Sequence record: NZ_CP117297.1
Source of the DNA: a plasmid
Direction: 5' to 3' (one strand)
DNA: 62,042 nucleotides
A program made the translations under genes and the position numbers. Shown in pieces: positions 1-9,420 of this stretch. Below the pieces are notes generated by a model, which saw only the letters and a list, made by a program, of their open reading frames with translations, searched no databases and was not told where the DNA came from. Each line of letters opens with the position of its first letter. Positions within the stretch are counted from its first letter, which is position 1.

Positions 1-1110
1 ATGACAAAATCAACAAATTTTAATTACTATGAAGCAGATAACGTATATGGAGCCTTATTTTTCCAGTTTCCTAAGGTATTAATGTATGGCGAGCAATATA
101 AACATTTAAGCAGTGATGCTAAATTGGCTTATATGGTACTGAAAGACCGGCTCGAGTACTCTTTGCGCAACAACTGGGTTGATGAAGAAGGACACGTCTA
201 TTTTACTTTTACCAATCAAGAACTCGAAAATTTATTTAATTGCCATAATCAAAAAGTCGTCAAAATAAAAAAAGAACTCGAAACCTCTCATTTGCTGATG
301 CAAAAACAACTGGGCTTTAACCCAAAGACTAAAAAGAATGAACCGAATCGCTTATATCTGTCCAAGCTCGATGTGAAAGCAACCGATGTCTATTTACGCG
401 GTGAAGATAGCCCAAAAGTGTCTCAAACCCTTGCTACAAGCGGAAATGTGAAAATCACACTTCCGCAGGAGACCGCTCAAACCCTTGCTACAAGCGGAAA
501 TGTGAAAATCACACTTCCGCATAAGTCCGTTGACGAGACCGCTCAAACCCTTGCTACAAGCGGAAATGTGAAAATCACACACAATCTATATAAAGACTTT
601 AAAAACATAGATACTAATAGATACGACATAGATACTCAAAAGTTGGACTTTTCCACAGCCAATTTTTCACCAGCTGAAATTGAAGCCCAAAATCGGGATT
701 TAGTAAAACATGCTGATGAGTTTTTAACTGACGAAGATAATGGGTTGCCGGTCTTCTTAGAGCCAGAAACAGTGCAACTACTTAGCTTTTGGTGCCGTAC
801 CCCACAACAAATGCGGCGCTTTATTGGTATTATCTTAAACGCCAAATATGCTGTTGAAAAAGAACATAAGGATTTAGGCGTATGGATTCTATTAGATGAC
901 CCTGATTTAAAAAAAATGATGACCAAAACGTTAAGACGCTATTTTAATGCCCTAAGAAGCGATGAGAAACATATCAAGAATGTTGAGAACTACCTGTACG
1001 GCACTATGCAAAACCTATTTGATGTTTGGTGGAACCAACAAGCAGCTAGAGACTATGCGGCCAAGCACCCTAAAGAACAAAATATTGATAACGAGCGTTT
1101 TTGGAATTAA
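1..1110 (+). CDS. Plasmid replication initiator, RepA_N-like family
   Basis: 369 aa with a conserved N-terminal RepA_N-like region. The coding sequence carries internal tandem repeats, consistent with an origin lying inside rep. An RBS (aaagggag) for the ATG at position 1 sits at window end 62027-62034. Confidence 0.75.
   Translation: MTKSTNFNYYEADNVYGALFFQFPKVLMYGEQYKHLSSDAKLAYMVLKDRLEYSLRNNWVDEEGHVYFTFTNQELENLFNCHNQKVVKIKKELETSHLLMQKQLGFNPKTKKNEPNRLYLSKLDVKATDVYLRGEDSPKVSQTLATSGNVKITLPQETAQTLATSGNVKITLPHKSVDETAQTLATSGNVKITHNLYKDFKNIDTNRYDIDTQKLDFSTANFSPAEIEAQNRDLVKHADEFLTDEDNGLPVFLEPETVQLLSFWCRTPQQMRRFIGIILNAKYAVEKEHKDLGVWILLDDPDLKKMMTKTLRRYFNALRSDEKHIKNVENYLYGTMQNLFDVWWNQQAARDYAAKHPKEQNIDNERFWN
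418..582. repeat. Three tandem direct repeats inside the rep coding region; candidate iterons/origin
   Basis: A conserved 37-bp core (caaacccttgctacaagcggaaatgtgaaaatcacac) occurs at 424-460, 479-515 and 544-580. It encodes a repeated peptide TLATSGNVKIT. Confidence 0.6.
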
Positions 1111-1249
1111 ACGTCATATTAGCTCATTTAAGCCGTTTTAAGTGCTACATGCATAAATTATATTAAAATCGCTTAGAAGCAAAAATAGGCACCTTGAGTG
1201 GCTAAATTGGCGATGACTGAACTAAGGGAATGTGAAAGGAGCTTTTTAA

Positions 1250-1447
1250 ATGACCAAATCCAGCAAAGAAGTCGAAACAATTGATCAATTGTTGGCTGAC
1301 CCATGGACAGTCGATATTCAAGCCCTTTGGGAGCAAGCAGCCCATAATCCAGATCCTGATAAACGCAAGCTGTTTGACGCGTTACACACTTATGTTTTAG
1401 ATAAACGCCAAGAAAGAATTATCAACGAAAAGCATTTTGTGAATTAA
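1250..1447 (+). CDS. Small conserved protein (65 aa), paralog of 2885-3079; candidate antitoxin/partner of the downstream Doc/Fic-like gene
   Basis: Shares the motif PDPxKRKxxDALxTYxLDKRQxxxIxxKxFV with the ORF at 2885-3079. Ends 50 bp upstream of the Fic/Doc-like gene. Confidence 0.5.
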   Translation: MTKSSKEVETIDQLLADPWTVDIQALWEQAAHNPDPDKRKLFDALHTYVLDKRQERIINEKHFVN

Positions 1448-1497
1448 CATGGTCAGGTCAAATAATCAGTGATTGAAATAAAAAGGAGGCACAAAAT

Positions 1498-2244
1498 ATG
1501 GCTAAGACACGAACATATATGGACAAGTATAAATTCACAGTTGCAGAAAACCAGCGGTTTGCCCGAGCAAATTTTACCAAGTTAGTGCATACTAATGCTC
1601 GCTTTGAAGGCGTAAATACCACTTTACCGCAAACACAAACCATTATGGACGGCATGAGTGTGGCGGGTGTTCCTGTTGAGGATATTTTGACAATTGTTAA
1701 CTTAAAGCGTGGGTGGCAATATATCACTGCTCAAAATGCCCCTTTAACGTTAACCATGGAAAAACAAATCAATAAGATTGTGGCAGCGGAAGACGCCTTA
1801 GTACCAGGAGAATTACGGCAAGGGAAAGGGGGAGTTGATTTAGGCAGTGAAGACTTTTTTGAACCGCCTTTAATTAACGAAAAACAAGAACAATCCTTTT
1901 TACAAAAAATCTTGGCTGATCCACAAATGACGACCACTGATAAAGCATTGACTGTCATATATCATAATATGCGTCAACAAATTTTTTGGGACGGAAACAA
2001 GAGGACGGCAACTTTAAGTGCCAATAAAATTATGATTGACGGTGGTGCTGGCTTAATCAATGTCCCATTAGATAAGTGGGATCAATGGAACGAACTAATT
2101 GCCAATTATTATCGGACTAATGACATGACTAAAATTAAACAGTGGACATATGATAATGGTATTCAAGGATTACAAATTCGAGCAAACAAAAAATTAAGTG
2201 CTAATGAATTGAACCAGATGTACAAGCAACTAAAAAACGGATAA
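1498..2244 (+). CDS. Fic/Doc family protein with degenerate Doc-like motif
   Basis: 248 aa. The motif QIFWDGNKRTAT aligns to the Fic/Doc core HxFx(D/E)GN(G/K)R, with the His replaced by Gln and a Lys as in Doc. RBS aaaggagg precedes the ATG. Confidence 0.6.
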   Translation: MAKTRTYMDKYKFTVAENQRFARANFTKLVHTNARFEGVNTTLPQTQTIMDGMSVAGVPVEDILTIVNLKRGWQYITAQNAPLTLTMEKQINKIVAAEDALVPGELRQGKGGVDLGSEDFFEPPLINEKQEQSFLQKILADPQMTTTDKALTVIYHNMRQQIFWDGNKRTATLSANKIMIDGGAGLINVPLDKWDQWNELIANYYRTNDMTKIKQWTYDNGIQGLQIRANKKLSANELNQMYKQLKNG

Positions 2245-2569
2245 ATTAGAACTTAAATTAGTTGAAGACGAGATTATTAAAAGAACCCAAAACCAGCTCA
2301 AAGACTTTGCTAAAAACAATCTATCGGAATGTTGATAACGAGCGCACTTGGGGTTAAAACGCCGTATAAGCTTATTTAAGACACTTTAAGCCAAATTGGC
2401 ATAGATTATACTAGATTGTATTTTAAATTCGTCTCTGCACGTTTTAGAGGCCAAATATTAGATACTATTGAAAAAGGGTAACTAACATGTAGCTTTCGAA
2501 GACTTATACAATTGAAGTGGTACTCAAGAGGTAGTATGATGGTAGTAGTTAAGGGGGAGTGAGACGATC

Positions 2570-2797
2570 ATGGCAGTTAAAGAAAAGAAACGGGTACAAG
2601 TTAAAATTGATAAAGACTTGGCTGATAATACGGAAGCAGTTTTAAACGAGTTGGGTCTAAATCCAACCACAGCGATTAACATGTTTTATAAGCGGATCGT
2701 AGCGGAAGCAGCGTTACCGTTTAAACCAGCTCTAAGCGAAGCGGAAAGAGCTAATTTACGCTTTTTAAAGGCGACCGAAGGGACGTCACCGAGTTAA
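2570..2797 (+). CDS. RelB/DinJ-family ribbon-helix-helix antitoxin-like protein
   Basis: 75 aa. The N-terminus (VKIDKDLADNTEAVLNELGLNPTTAINMFYKRIVAEAALPF) matches the DinJ/RelB antitoxin pattern. No RelE/YafQ partner follows. Confidence 0.6.
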   Translation: MAVKEKKRVQVKIDKDLADNTEAVLNELGLNPTTAINMFYKRIVAEAALPFKPALSEAERANLRFLKATEGTSPS

Positions 2798-2884
2798 AAG
2801 ACGCTAAAGGAGTCAGCGATTGGCTCAATGATCCAGATGAAGACTAATGGCTTATCAGATTAAATAAATTAATAACTTGGGAGT

Positions 2885-3079
2885 GTGATTAACATGAAAG
2901 ACACAATTACAATCAATGACTTTTTTGAAATCGCCAAAAAAATTGATTTGAAAGATTTACTTGATAAATCATTACATGAGCCAGATCCAGAAAAGCGTAA
3001 AGTATATGATGCTTTGTATACCTACTTTTTAGATAAAAGGCAAGATGAGGTTATTAAGCGAAAGGACTTTGTCCGTTGA
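2885..3079 (+). CDS. Small conserved protein (64 aa), paralog of 1250-1447; candidate antitoxin/partner of the downstream zeta-like kinase
   Basis: Same PDPxKRK..DALYTY.LDKRQ motif. Its stop overlaps the TTG start of the next gene (TTGA, 4-bp overlap), suggesting translational coupling. Confidence 0.5.
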   Translation: MINMKDTITINDFFEIAKKIDLKDLLDKSLHEPDPEKRKVYDALYTYFLDKRQDEVIKRKDFVR

Positions 3080-3630
3080 TAGATAAACCCCAATATATTA
3101 TTGTTGCTGGTATTAACGGAGCAGGTAAGAGTACGCTGTACGATACATTTCCCATATTGTTTGATAAAACAATACGGATTAATGCTGATGAGATTTTACG
3201 ACAAATGGGTGGCGATTGGCATAAAGACAGCGACAATTTAAAAGCCATGCGTGAAGAAATAAAGCAACTACACTATTCCTTAGATAACCGACAAAGTATT
3301 CATGTAGAAACGACACTTGCTGGAAGAGGTAAGGCTCAACTAAATTTGATTGATAAAGCGCATGAAAATGGCTTTGAAGTGACTTTATTGTATGTTGCCC
3401 TACGAGATGAAAATTTAGCTATTAAGAGAGTAGAGGATCGGGTACAAAAGGGTGGACATGGTGTGCCATCAGAAATAATCAAAAATGATTTGATCCATTT
3501 CCCTTGGATAAATCAAAATATTAATTGTTCAGAAAATGTGCAAAAACAGTTAAAAAATTTTGCAGATCATAACCCAGAAGTTAAGCTAAAAAATGATCCT
3601 GAAAACAAAAACGATCGGCCTAGTTATTAG
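3076..3630 (+). CDS. Zeta-toxin-family-like P-loop kinase (AAA/NTPase) protein
   Basis: 184 aa. Walker A motif GINGAGKST near the N-terminus. Size and layout resemble short zeta-toxin/UNAG-kinase homologs on Firmicutes plasmids. TTG start. Confidence 0.5.
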   Translation: MIDKPQYIIVAGINGAGKSTLYDTFPILFDKTIRINADEILRQMGGDWHKDSDNLKAMREEIKQLHYSLDNRQSIHVETTLAGRGKAQLNLIDKAHENGFEVTLLYVALRDENLAIKRVEDRVQKGGHGVPSEIIKNDLIHFPWINQNINCSENVQKQLKNFADHNPEVKLKNDPENKNDRPSY

Positions 3631-3898
3631 GTTGATCGTTTTTGAATTTGTTCGGTTTATGGGCGTTAACGTAATTAGCAAATATTTTTAAAAGTTCTTC
3701 GGTTTGTTCGACTGATAAGTTATCAGCCTGAAAGTATTTTTCGAGTAAGGCTCCTTTTTGAATTAGTCGGCGAGAACGGGCTTTACGGGCTTGCCGATTT
3801 TCATAGTATTTAGATTGCCGTAATTTAAAATCTTCCCGCTCAATTTTTTGTTTTAAACGCGCTTGCTGCTCGACTAATTTTTCATATTGATTAGACAT
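3620..3898 (-). CDS. Putative mobilization accessory protein (basic, coiled-coil)
   Basis: 92 aa, lysine/arginine-rich. Divergent from the relaxase gene across the putative oriT. Confidence 0.3.
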   Translation of the reverse strand: MSNQYEKLVEQQARLKQKIEREDFKLRQSKYYENRQARKARSRRLIQKGALLEKYFQADNLSVEQTEELLKIFANYVNAHKPNKFKNDQPNN

Positions 3899-3920
3899 GG
3901 AATTTCCCCATCTCGTATGG

Positions 3921-4169
3921 CTAATGATCTACGGACTTTACCTTTAAAAATTCAGAAAATTGCTTAGCTAAAAGCTTAATCTGATCGTTAGACAAATTAG
4001 CATAATCTAAATTGGCTTGACTGATGATTTGTTTACCTAGCCGTTGTTCAATCTTATTTTTTTCGTCCTTAATTTTTTGATTAAGGGCTTTTAATTTAGC
4101 TTCTTGTTTTTCTAAGTTACTTTGAGACATAACGATCTCTCCAATCATATTAGAAATAATCACTGACAC
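3921..4169 (-). CDS. Putative MobC-like relaxosome accessory protein
   Basis: 82 aa coiled-coil protein immediately divergent from oriT/mobA, as in RSF1010-type mob regions. Confidence 0.3.
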   Translation of the reverse strand: MSVIISNMIGEIVMSQSNLEKQEAKLKALNQKIKDEKNKIEQRLGKQIISQANLDYANLSNDQIKLLAKQFSEFLKVKSVDH

Positions 4170-4269
4170 TATATCATAAGGGAAACGTTAAGTCAAAGTA
4201 TAAAATTTGAAATAGCGAAGCGGAAGGCATACACTAAGTTAAAGTTAAGGGAATCAGAAGACCGAGTGA

Positions 4270-4320
4270 AACGAGGTCAATGCGCACTTACACCCCACTA
4301 AATACTTATGGGGTAAATCG
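4270..4320. promoter_or_regulatory. Candidate oriT (MobQ/RSF1010-like nick region)
   Basis: The minus strand reads GTAAGTGCGCA, close to the RSF1010 nic core TAAGTGCGCCCT. Adjacent inverted repeats acccca/tggggt (4292-4314) and gtcgcc-gtt-ggcgac (4343-4357). Lies between divergent mobC-like genes and the relaxase. Confidence 0.45.
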
Positions 4321-4398
4321 TGCTAAAATCTTGTATCAGAAGTCGCCGTTGGCGACAACAAAATCAACCAATAGATCCAAAGAAAGACGGTGACTAGT

Positions 4399-6462
4399 AT
4401 GGCAATTTTTCATATGAGTTTTAGTAATATTAGTGCTGGGAAAGGACGAAGTGCCATTGCCAGTGCCGCTTATCGAAGTGGTGAAAAATTATTTGATGAT
4501 CAAGAAGGTCGCCACTATTTCTATGCTCGGTCAGTTATGCCAGAGAGTTTTATTTTAACTCCTAAAAATGCGCCAGCATGGGCAAGTGATCGAGAAAAAT
4601 TATGGAACGAAGTAGAAAGAAAAGATCGGCGAGCAAATTCTCGGTATGCAAAAGAGTTTAACGTGGCTTTGCCAGTTGAACTAAGCGAAGATGAACAGAA
4701 AGAATTACTGACAAAATACGTGCAAGAGAATTTTGTTGATCAAGGCATGGTGGCTGATGTGGCAATTCATAGAGATCACCCAGACAATCCGCACGCACAT
4801 GTGATGTTAACTAACCGACCATTTAACCCAGACGGGACATGGGGAATCAAGAGTAAAAAACAATATATTTTAGATGAGAATGGCAATAAAATGTATACCG
4901 GAACTAGCAAGTACCCTAAGAGTAGAAAGATACTGATGGTCGATTGGGATAAGAAAGAAAAAATAATTGAATGGCGTCATAATTGGGCAGTTAGCGTCAA
5001 TCAGGTTTTAGAGCAAAAAAATATTCCGGATCGAATCAGTGAAAAATCCTTTGAAAATCAAGGAATAGATGAAATTCCAACTCAACATGAGGGAATCAAT
5101 AGTAAGCGGCATGAAAGAAGAAAATTTAATCAACAAGTTAGCGCACAAAGAAGCGCCCAAGCTAAATATCATAATCTTGACGAAAAGATAAGAAATCATG
5201 AACATTTTGACGCGTTAACTGACGAGCTATCATTCTCTGAAAAACACACAATTAGTCATCTAAGTCAGCAATTGAAAGCCTATGTCGATTTAGAACATTT
5301 AGACGATAAACAGCGCATGCTATTTAATTGGAAAAACAGCTTATTAATTAAACACGCGGTTGGTGAAGATGTGACCAAGCAATTACTCACGATTGACCAG
5401 CAGACCACATCACTAGCACAAGCTAACCAGTTGTTAAATAAAGTGGTGGAACGAGTAACGAAACAGCTTTATCCGGAACTTAATTTTAAACAGACAACCG
5501 CAGCTGAACGACGGGAACTAATTAAAGAAACTAATAGTGAACAAACGATTTTTAAGGGTAGCGAATTGGCAGAACGGTTAGCGGATATTCGAAGTGACTT
5601 ATTAACCCAGCAATTATTGACGTTTACCAAGCGGCCATATACCAGCTGGCAGTTAGTTAATCAGCAGGCCCAAACAATTGAGAAGCAATTAACCACGGTA
5701 CTAGCCAAACATGGTCACCAGTTAGACGATTTGAGGCATACTGATCGGGGCATGCTAGCCGCTTATCAACCTAACGAACTCGAATTCATTTCGAAAGCGG
5801 TGAAAAATTTACGGGTCATGCGGGAAGTTAAAGCCGTAGTTCAAACCCAATACAACAGCATTCTAACGACTGCTTTTCCGGACAGTGACCTGGATAAGCT
5901 AGAGACGATTGATAAGGAGCAAATCTATACCGCTGTGGTTTACTATGACCCAGAATTAAAGCCATTAAGTGCCGATGATCTTAGGCAATTGCAACAGCAG
6001 CCACCGGTCGTCTTTACTAGTCAGCAACACCAAGCCGGTTTAAATTACCTGTTAGGTAAAATGGAATTAAAAGATATTCAGGATCATCGACTGCAACGGG
6101 TCTTAAAACATGATGGCACCCGGCAACTATTTATTGGCGAATGTGGCCAAGATCCTAAGTTGGATCACCAACAAATTGAAATGGTGCAAACCCGTTTGAA
6201 ACAACAGACAATGCGCTTTGATCAATATAAGCAAGCTCAAGTTAAGGACTATCAGGCCATTAATTATTACCCAACTAGCCCGAAAAACTACCTGACTAAT
6301 ATTTTGGACGAAGCCTTAATGACCATTTTATATGCGAAAAATACGGACTATCTAAGAAAACAGCAACTACGCGGTTTAAAAGAGACCGAGTGGGCAATGA
6401 CGAAAAAGCAGCGGCAACACCAAACCCGGAATCGGCATGAAGATGGGGGTATGCACTTGTAA
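4399..6462 (+). CDS. mobA: MobA/MobL-family (MobQ-type) conjugative relaxase
   Basis: N-terminal relaxase domain starting MAIFHMSF. Histidine triad [13 protein letters not shown] is present. Long coiled-coil C-terminal half. Confidence 0.85.
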   Translation: MAIFHMSFSNISAGKGRSAIASAAYRSGEKLFDDQEGRHYFYARSVMPESFILTPKNAPAWASDREKLWNEVERKDRRANSRYAKEFNVALPVELSEDEQKELLTKYVQENFVDQGMVADVAIHRDHPDNPHAHVMLTNRPFNPDGTWGIKSKKQYILDENGNKMYTGTSKYPKSRKILMVDWDKKEKIIEWRHNWAVSVNQVLEQKNIPDRISEKSFENQGIDEIPTQHEGINSKRHERRKFNQQVSAQRSAQAKYHNLDEKIRNHEHFDALTDELSFSEKHTISHLSQQLKAYVDLEHLDDKQRMLFNWKNSLLIKHAVGEDVTKQLLTIDQQTTSLAQANQLLNKVVERVTKQLYPELNFKQTTAAERRELIKETNSEQTIFKGSELAERLADIRSDLLTQQLLTFTKRPYTSWQLVNQQAQTIEKQLTTVLAKHGHQLDDLRHTDRGMLAAYQPNELEFISKAVKNLRVMREVKAVVQTQYNSILTTAFPDSDLDKLETIDKEQIYTAVVYYDPELKPLSADDLRQLQQQPPVVFTSQQHQAGLNYLLGKMELKDIQDHRLQRVLKHDGTRQLFIGECGQDPKLDHQQIEMVQTRLKQQTMRFDQYKQAQVKDYQAINYYPTSPKNYLTNILDEALMTILYAKNTDYLRKQQLRGLKETEWAMTKKQRQHQTRNRHEDGGMHL

Positions 6463-6731
6463 TTTAAATGTAAAATAAAAAAGCTATCAGCCCGAGCGCT
6501 TAATCAGTTATATCAAAGCTTGCAACAACAAGTTCAGCAAGCAAGGAACCCACAACAAAAATCAGAACTAAAAAATAAACTAAATGATATACACCATGAA
6601 ATCAGTAAGCGAACACAAAAACAGCTGCAAGCATTTACTGAACAGAATCCGTCAATCAAACAACCCAAATCCGAACTGGATCAAAGTTTAAAGCGTTAGC
6701 CAGTTTTTAAAGGTCATGCTATAATATAAAC

Positions 6732-6857
6732 AGAAAAGGAAGCCCCGCTAGAACAGGACTTCCCGCGCAAGCCGCTTCAAAGGCGGTGGCATTAGTTAAC
6801 TAAACGATAATGTCGTCCCGTAACTCGCCAAAGTTATGATCGGGGCGGCTTTTTTAT
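6732..6857 (+). ncRNA. Candidate antitoxin sRNA of an Fst/Lpt-like type I TA module (copy 1)
   Basis: Extended -10 tgcTATAAT at 6717-6725. Conserved 5' segment acagaaaaggaagccccgctagaacaggacttccc..gccgcttcaaaggcggtggc with two predicted stem-loops. Intrinsic terminator cggggcggcttttttatttg overlaps the 3' end of the toxin ORF. The element recurs four times in the window. Confidence 0.5.
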
Positions 6858-6943
6858 TTGTGGTGTTTGTCGATATAGCTGAGTAGCGCGATTAAAAACG
6901 TGCCAAACAGCAACATCAACGAGAGTGTCTGGAAGAAGCTCAT
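6854..6943 (-). CDS. Fst/Lpt-like type I toxin peptide (29 aa) MSFFQTLSLMLLFGTFLIALLSYIDKHHK
   Basis: Short hydrophobic transmembrane peptide with a charged C-terminus. Convergent with the sRNA and overlapping it at the terminator. Its own -10 (tataat in ccctgtataatgg, minus strand) is near 7040-7050. Confidence 0.55.
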   Translation of the reverse strand: MSFFQTLSLMLLFGTFLIALLSYIDKHHK

Positions 6944-7330
6944 TGACTGTGAAACCTTCCTGAAGATTATTCCATGTTCCCATGGGCCTCACCTCACAAG
7001 GGAAAAGACAGCCACCGCCCTTAAAACTTCTTGCTCAATCCATTATACAGGGAAATTAAAAATCAACCAAGAGCAATAAAACTGCTCTTGACAGCAAAGG
7101 AAAGCTACAACACTAGCAAGGTCAGCAAGCAAGGCTAATAGTACTGCTGCAATGGGAAATAACAAGTGTCCAGTAGGGCGGTCCAAGAGCGGGCACAAAT
7201 CCTACCAGACAGTACGATTACAAAAGTAAAGAAGGTCATAAAATCAGCTACTAGAGGGAACTGTGGTAAAAGACGAATAAGATGGTTAAATGATGACTAT
7301 AAAGTCAAGTCAGATAAACAGGTATTTGAG

Positions 7331-7365
7331 CATATAAATTGCTTTTGACATTTTACTTACTTATA
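7331..7365 (+). promoter_or_regulatory. Sigma70-like promoter for the oxidoreductase gene
   Basis: TTGCTT - 17 bp - TATAAT upstream of the 7408 start. Confidence 0.4.
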
Positions 7366-7407
7366 ATAAGTACAATAATAAATGACTAGTAAAAGGCGGG
7401 TAAAACA

Positions 7408-8757
7408 ATGGATAAATTTAAAAATATTATTATTGGATTTGGTAAGGCGGGTAAGACATTAGCTAAGTACTTGGCGCAGCATGATGAGACCGTGCTTCTG
7501 ATCGAACGGTCTAAACAAATGTACGGAGGAACTTGCATCAATGTTGGCTGCCTACCATCTAAAAATTTAATTTTTAATGGCCAACGTGGCGTGGACTTCA
7601 CTACAGCAGTTAATAAGCGTGGTGAGATGACTAGACAGTTGCGAAACAAAAACTATCATATGGTGGCTGATGAGCCACTAGCAACGGTTTGGGATGGGTC
7701 AGCCCGTTTTATCGACAATTATGTTTTGGCAGTCGTAATGAGTGATGGAACGACTAAGAAGGTGAGAGGTGAACGTATCTTTATTAATACTGGAGCAGTT
7801 CCAAATTGGCCATCAATCCCAGGGTTAGAATTTAGTCAGCGGATTTTTACGTCTAAAGAAGCTATGGAATTGAAGAAACAACCGAAACGACTAGCAATTA
7901 TTGGTGGCGGTTATATTGGCCTTGAATTTGCTGGAATGTTTAATTCCTTTGGTACGCATGTAACGATTTTCGACCAACATACCAGATTGTTAGAGCGCGA
8001 AGATCCTGATATTGCGACCGAGGTCGTAGCAGATCTGACTGACGCAGGGATCGAGATTAAACCGGCGACTCAACTAACTCAAGTAAAAGATAATGGTGAG
8101 AAGGTTACGTTATATTATCAACAAGGTGGTCAAACTAACACTGCGGAATTTGATGCGGTATTAGTTGCAGTCGGTCGGCGACCTAATATAAGTAGTTTAG
8201 GACTAGAAAATACTGATATTGCTTTAACCAATCGCGGTGCTATTCAGGTCGATGATCATTTAAGAACTACAGTACAAAACATTTGGGCTTTAGGTGACGT
8301 TAATGGTGGCCCTATGTTTACTTATGTCTCATTGGATGATTTTCGTATTATCATAGATCAATTGTTTGGTAAGGGGAATCGCTCAACGGCTGATCGATCG
8401 GTAATACCAACTGCTTCATTCCTAAATCCACCGCTGGCCAACGTTGGCTTAAATGAACGTCAGGCCAAGAGTGCAGGTTATAACTTTCAAACTTTCAAGC
8501 TATCAGTTAAGGCGATTCCAAAGGCCCGGGTCTTGGAGGATCAACGCGGGCTTTATAAGGTAATCGTTGATCAAAAAACACACCTTATTTTAGGGGCAAC
8601 ATTATATGCCGCTGAGGCTCATGAAACCACCAATCTAATTGCATTGGCAATGAAGGCCAAATTACCTTACGAAAGATTACGCGACATGATCTATACTCAT
8701 CCAACAATGTCTGAAGCCTTGAATGATCTTTTTAAGACCCCGGTTGTGAAAAGCTAA
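7408..8757 (+). CDS. Class I pyridine nucleotide-disulfide oxidoreductase, RclA/YkgC-like
   Basis: 449 aa. FAD-binding GFGKAG, redox-active pair GGTCINVGCLPSK, a second Rossmann motif IIGGGYIGLE, and a C-terminal dimerisation domain with HPT. Confidence 0.6.
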   Translation: MDKFKNIIIGFGKAGKTLAKYLAQHDETVLLIERSKQMYGGTCINVGCLPSKNLIFNGQRGVDFTTAVNKRGEMTRQLRNKNYHMVADEPLATVWDGSARFIDNYVLAVVMSDGTTKKVRGERIFINTGAVPNWPSIPGLEFSQRIFTSKEAMELKKQPKRLAIIGGGYIGLEFAGMFNSFGTHVTIFDQHTRLLEREDPDIATEVVADLTDAGIEIKPATQLTQVKDNGEKVTLYYQQGGQTNTAEFDAVLVAVGRRPNISSLGLENTDIALTNRGAIQVDDHLRTTVQNIWALGDVNGGPMFTYVSLDDFRIIIDQLFGKGNRSTADRSVIPTASFLNPPLANVGLNERQAKSAGYNFQTFKLSVKAIPKARVLEDQRGLYKVIVDQKTHLILGATLYAAEAHETTNLIALAMKAKLPYERLRDMIYTHPTMSEALNDLFKTPVVKS

Positions 8758-9164
8758 CTCCCTAGAAACACAAAGCCGACTAGTTAATCGAGGAAACAAT
8801 CAAGAAATCACTGTTAAAATTATTACGCAATGTGATTAACAATGCCCTTAATCTAAAGGACCGGGTTTACCAGATCTTTGAGCATTGTGATCTACCTTTA
8901 CACAATAACCACGATGAGCAAAAGATCCACTCTCCCACGCCGGTGCGAAAGAATAAGTCTGTTCACAAGACCAACGGCAGGCGCAAAGGCTAATACGATC
9001 TGGTTTGGTATTGTGCAAATGGAAAAAGTAAATAAACTGGACGTCTTTAAGTATTTTTAACCATTACTAACGGTTTACACGCAACGTAACACGCCAGATA
9101 TTGAGGCTTATTTACCGGGGCCCAGAAATTCAGGCCATGTGTCGTGTTTAATAGAGAAACCAAA

Positions 9165-9213
9165 GCGGGCGACTAACGCAGAAAACTGCGTTGGTCGCCC
9201 GCTATTTTTGTTT
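9165..9213 (+). terminator. Rho-independent terminator
   Basis: Stem gcgggcgac / gtcgcccgc followed by tatttttgttt. Confidence 0.5.
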
Positions 9214-9282
9214 GAACCCAGGGATCTGAGATACCATCAATGGTTAAGATTCAACCCGGTTCGTTGTGGAGTGCTTACGATC

Positions 9283-9420
9283 ATTCAATCATGATCAAAT
9301 AGTAAATCTACTTATAACTACTAAACCTAAGTTTAGCAATAACGTCACTAGTCCGATTAACATCATACCCATTGATGATTCATTACCTGTTTGAGGTAAT
9401 TTACCTGTTTTTTCGTAGGT
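9283..9420 (-). pseudogene. Remnant of an LPXTG cell-wall anchor C-terminus (gene body missing)
   Basis: The minus strand encodes KTGKLPQTGNESSMGMMLIGLVTLLL.., similar to the anchor of the 23634-25982 adhesin. No upstream ORF remains. Confidence 0.55.

Noticed and set aside
8878-9060. 60-aa ORF after the oxidoreductase gene
   Set aside because: No RBS. The region looks like degraded intergenic or remnant sequence.
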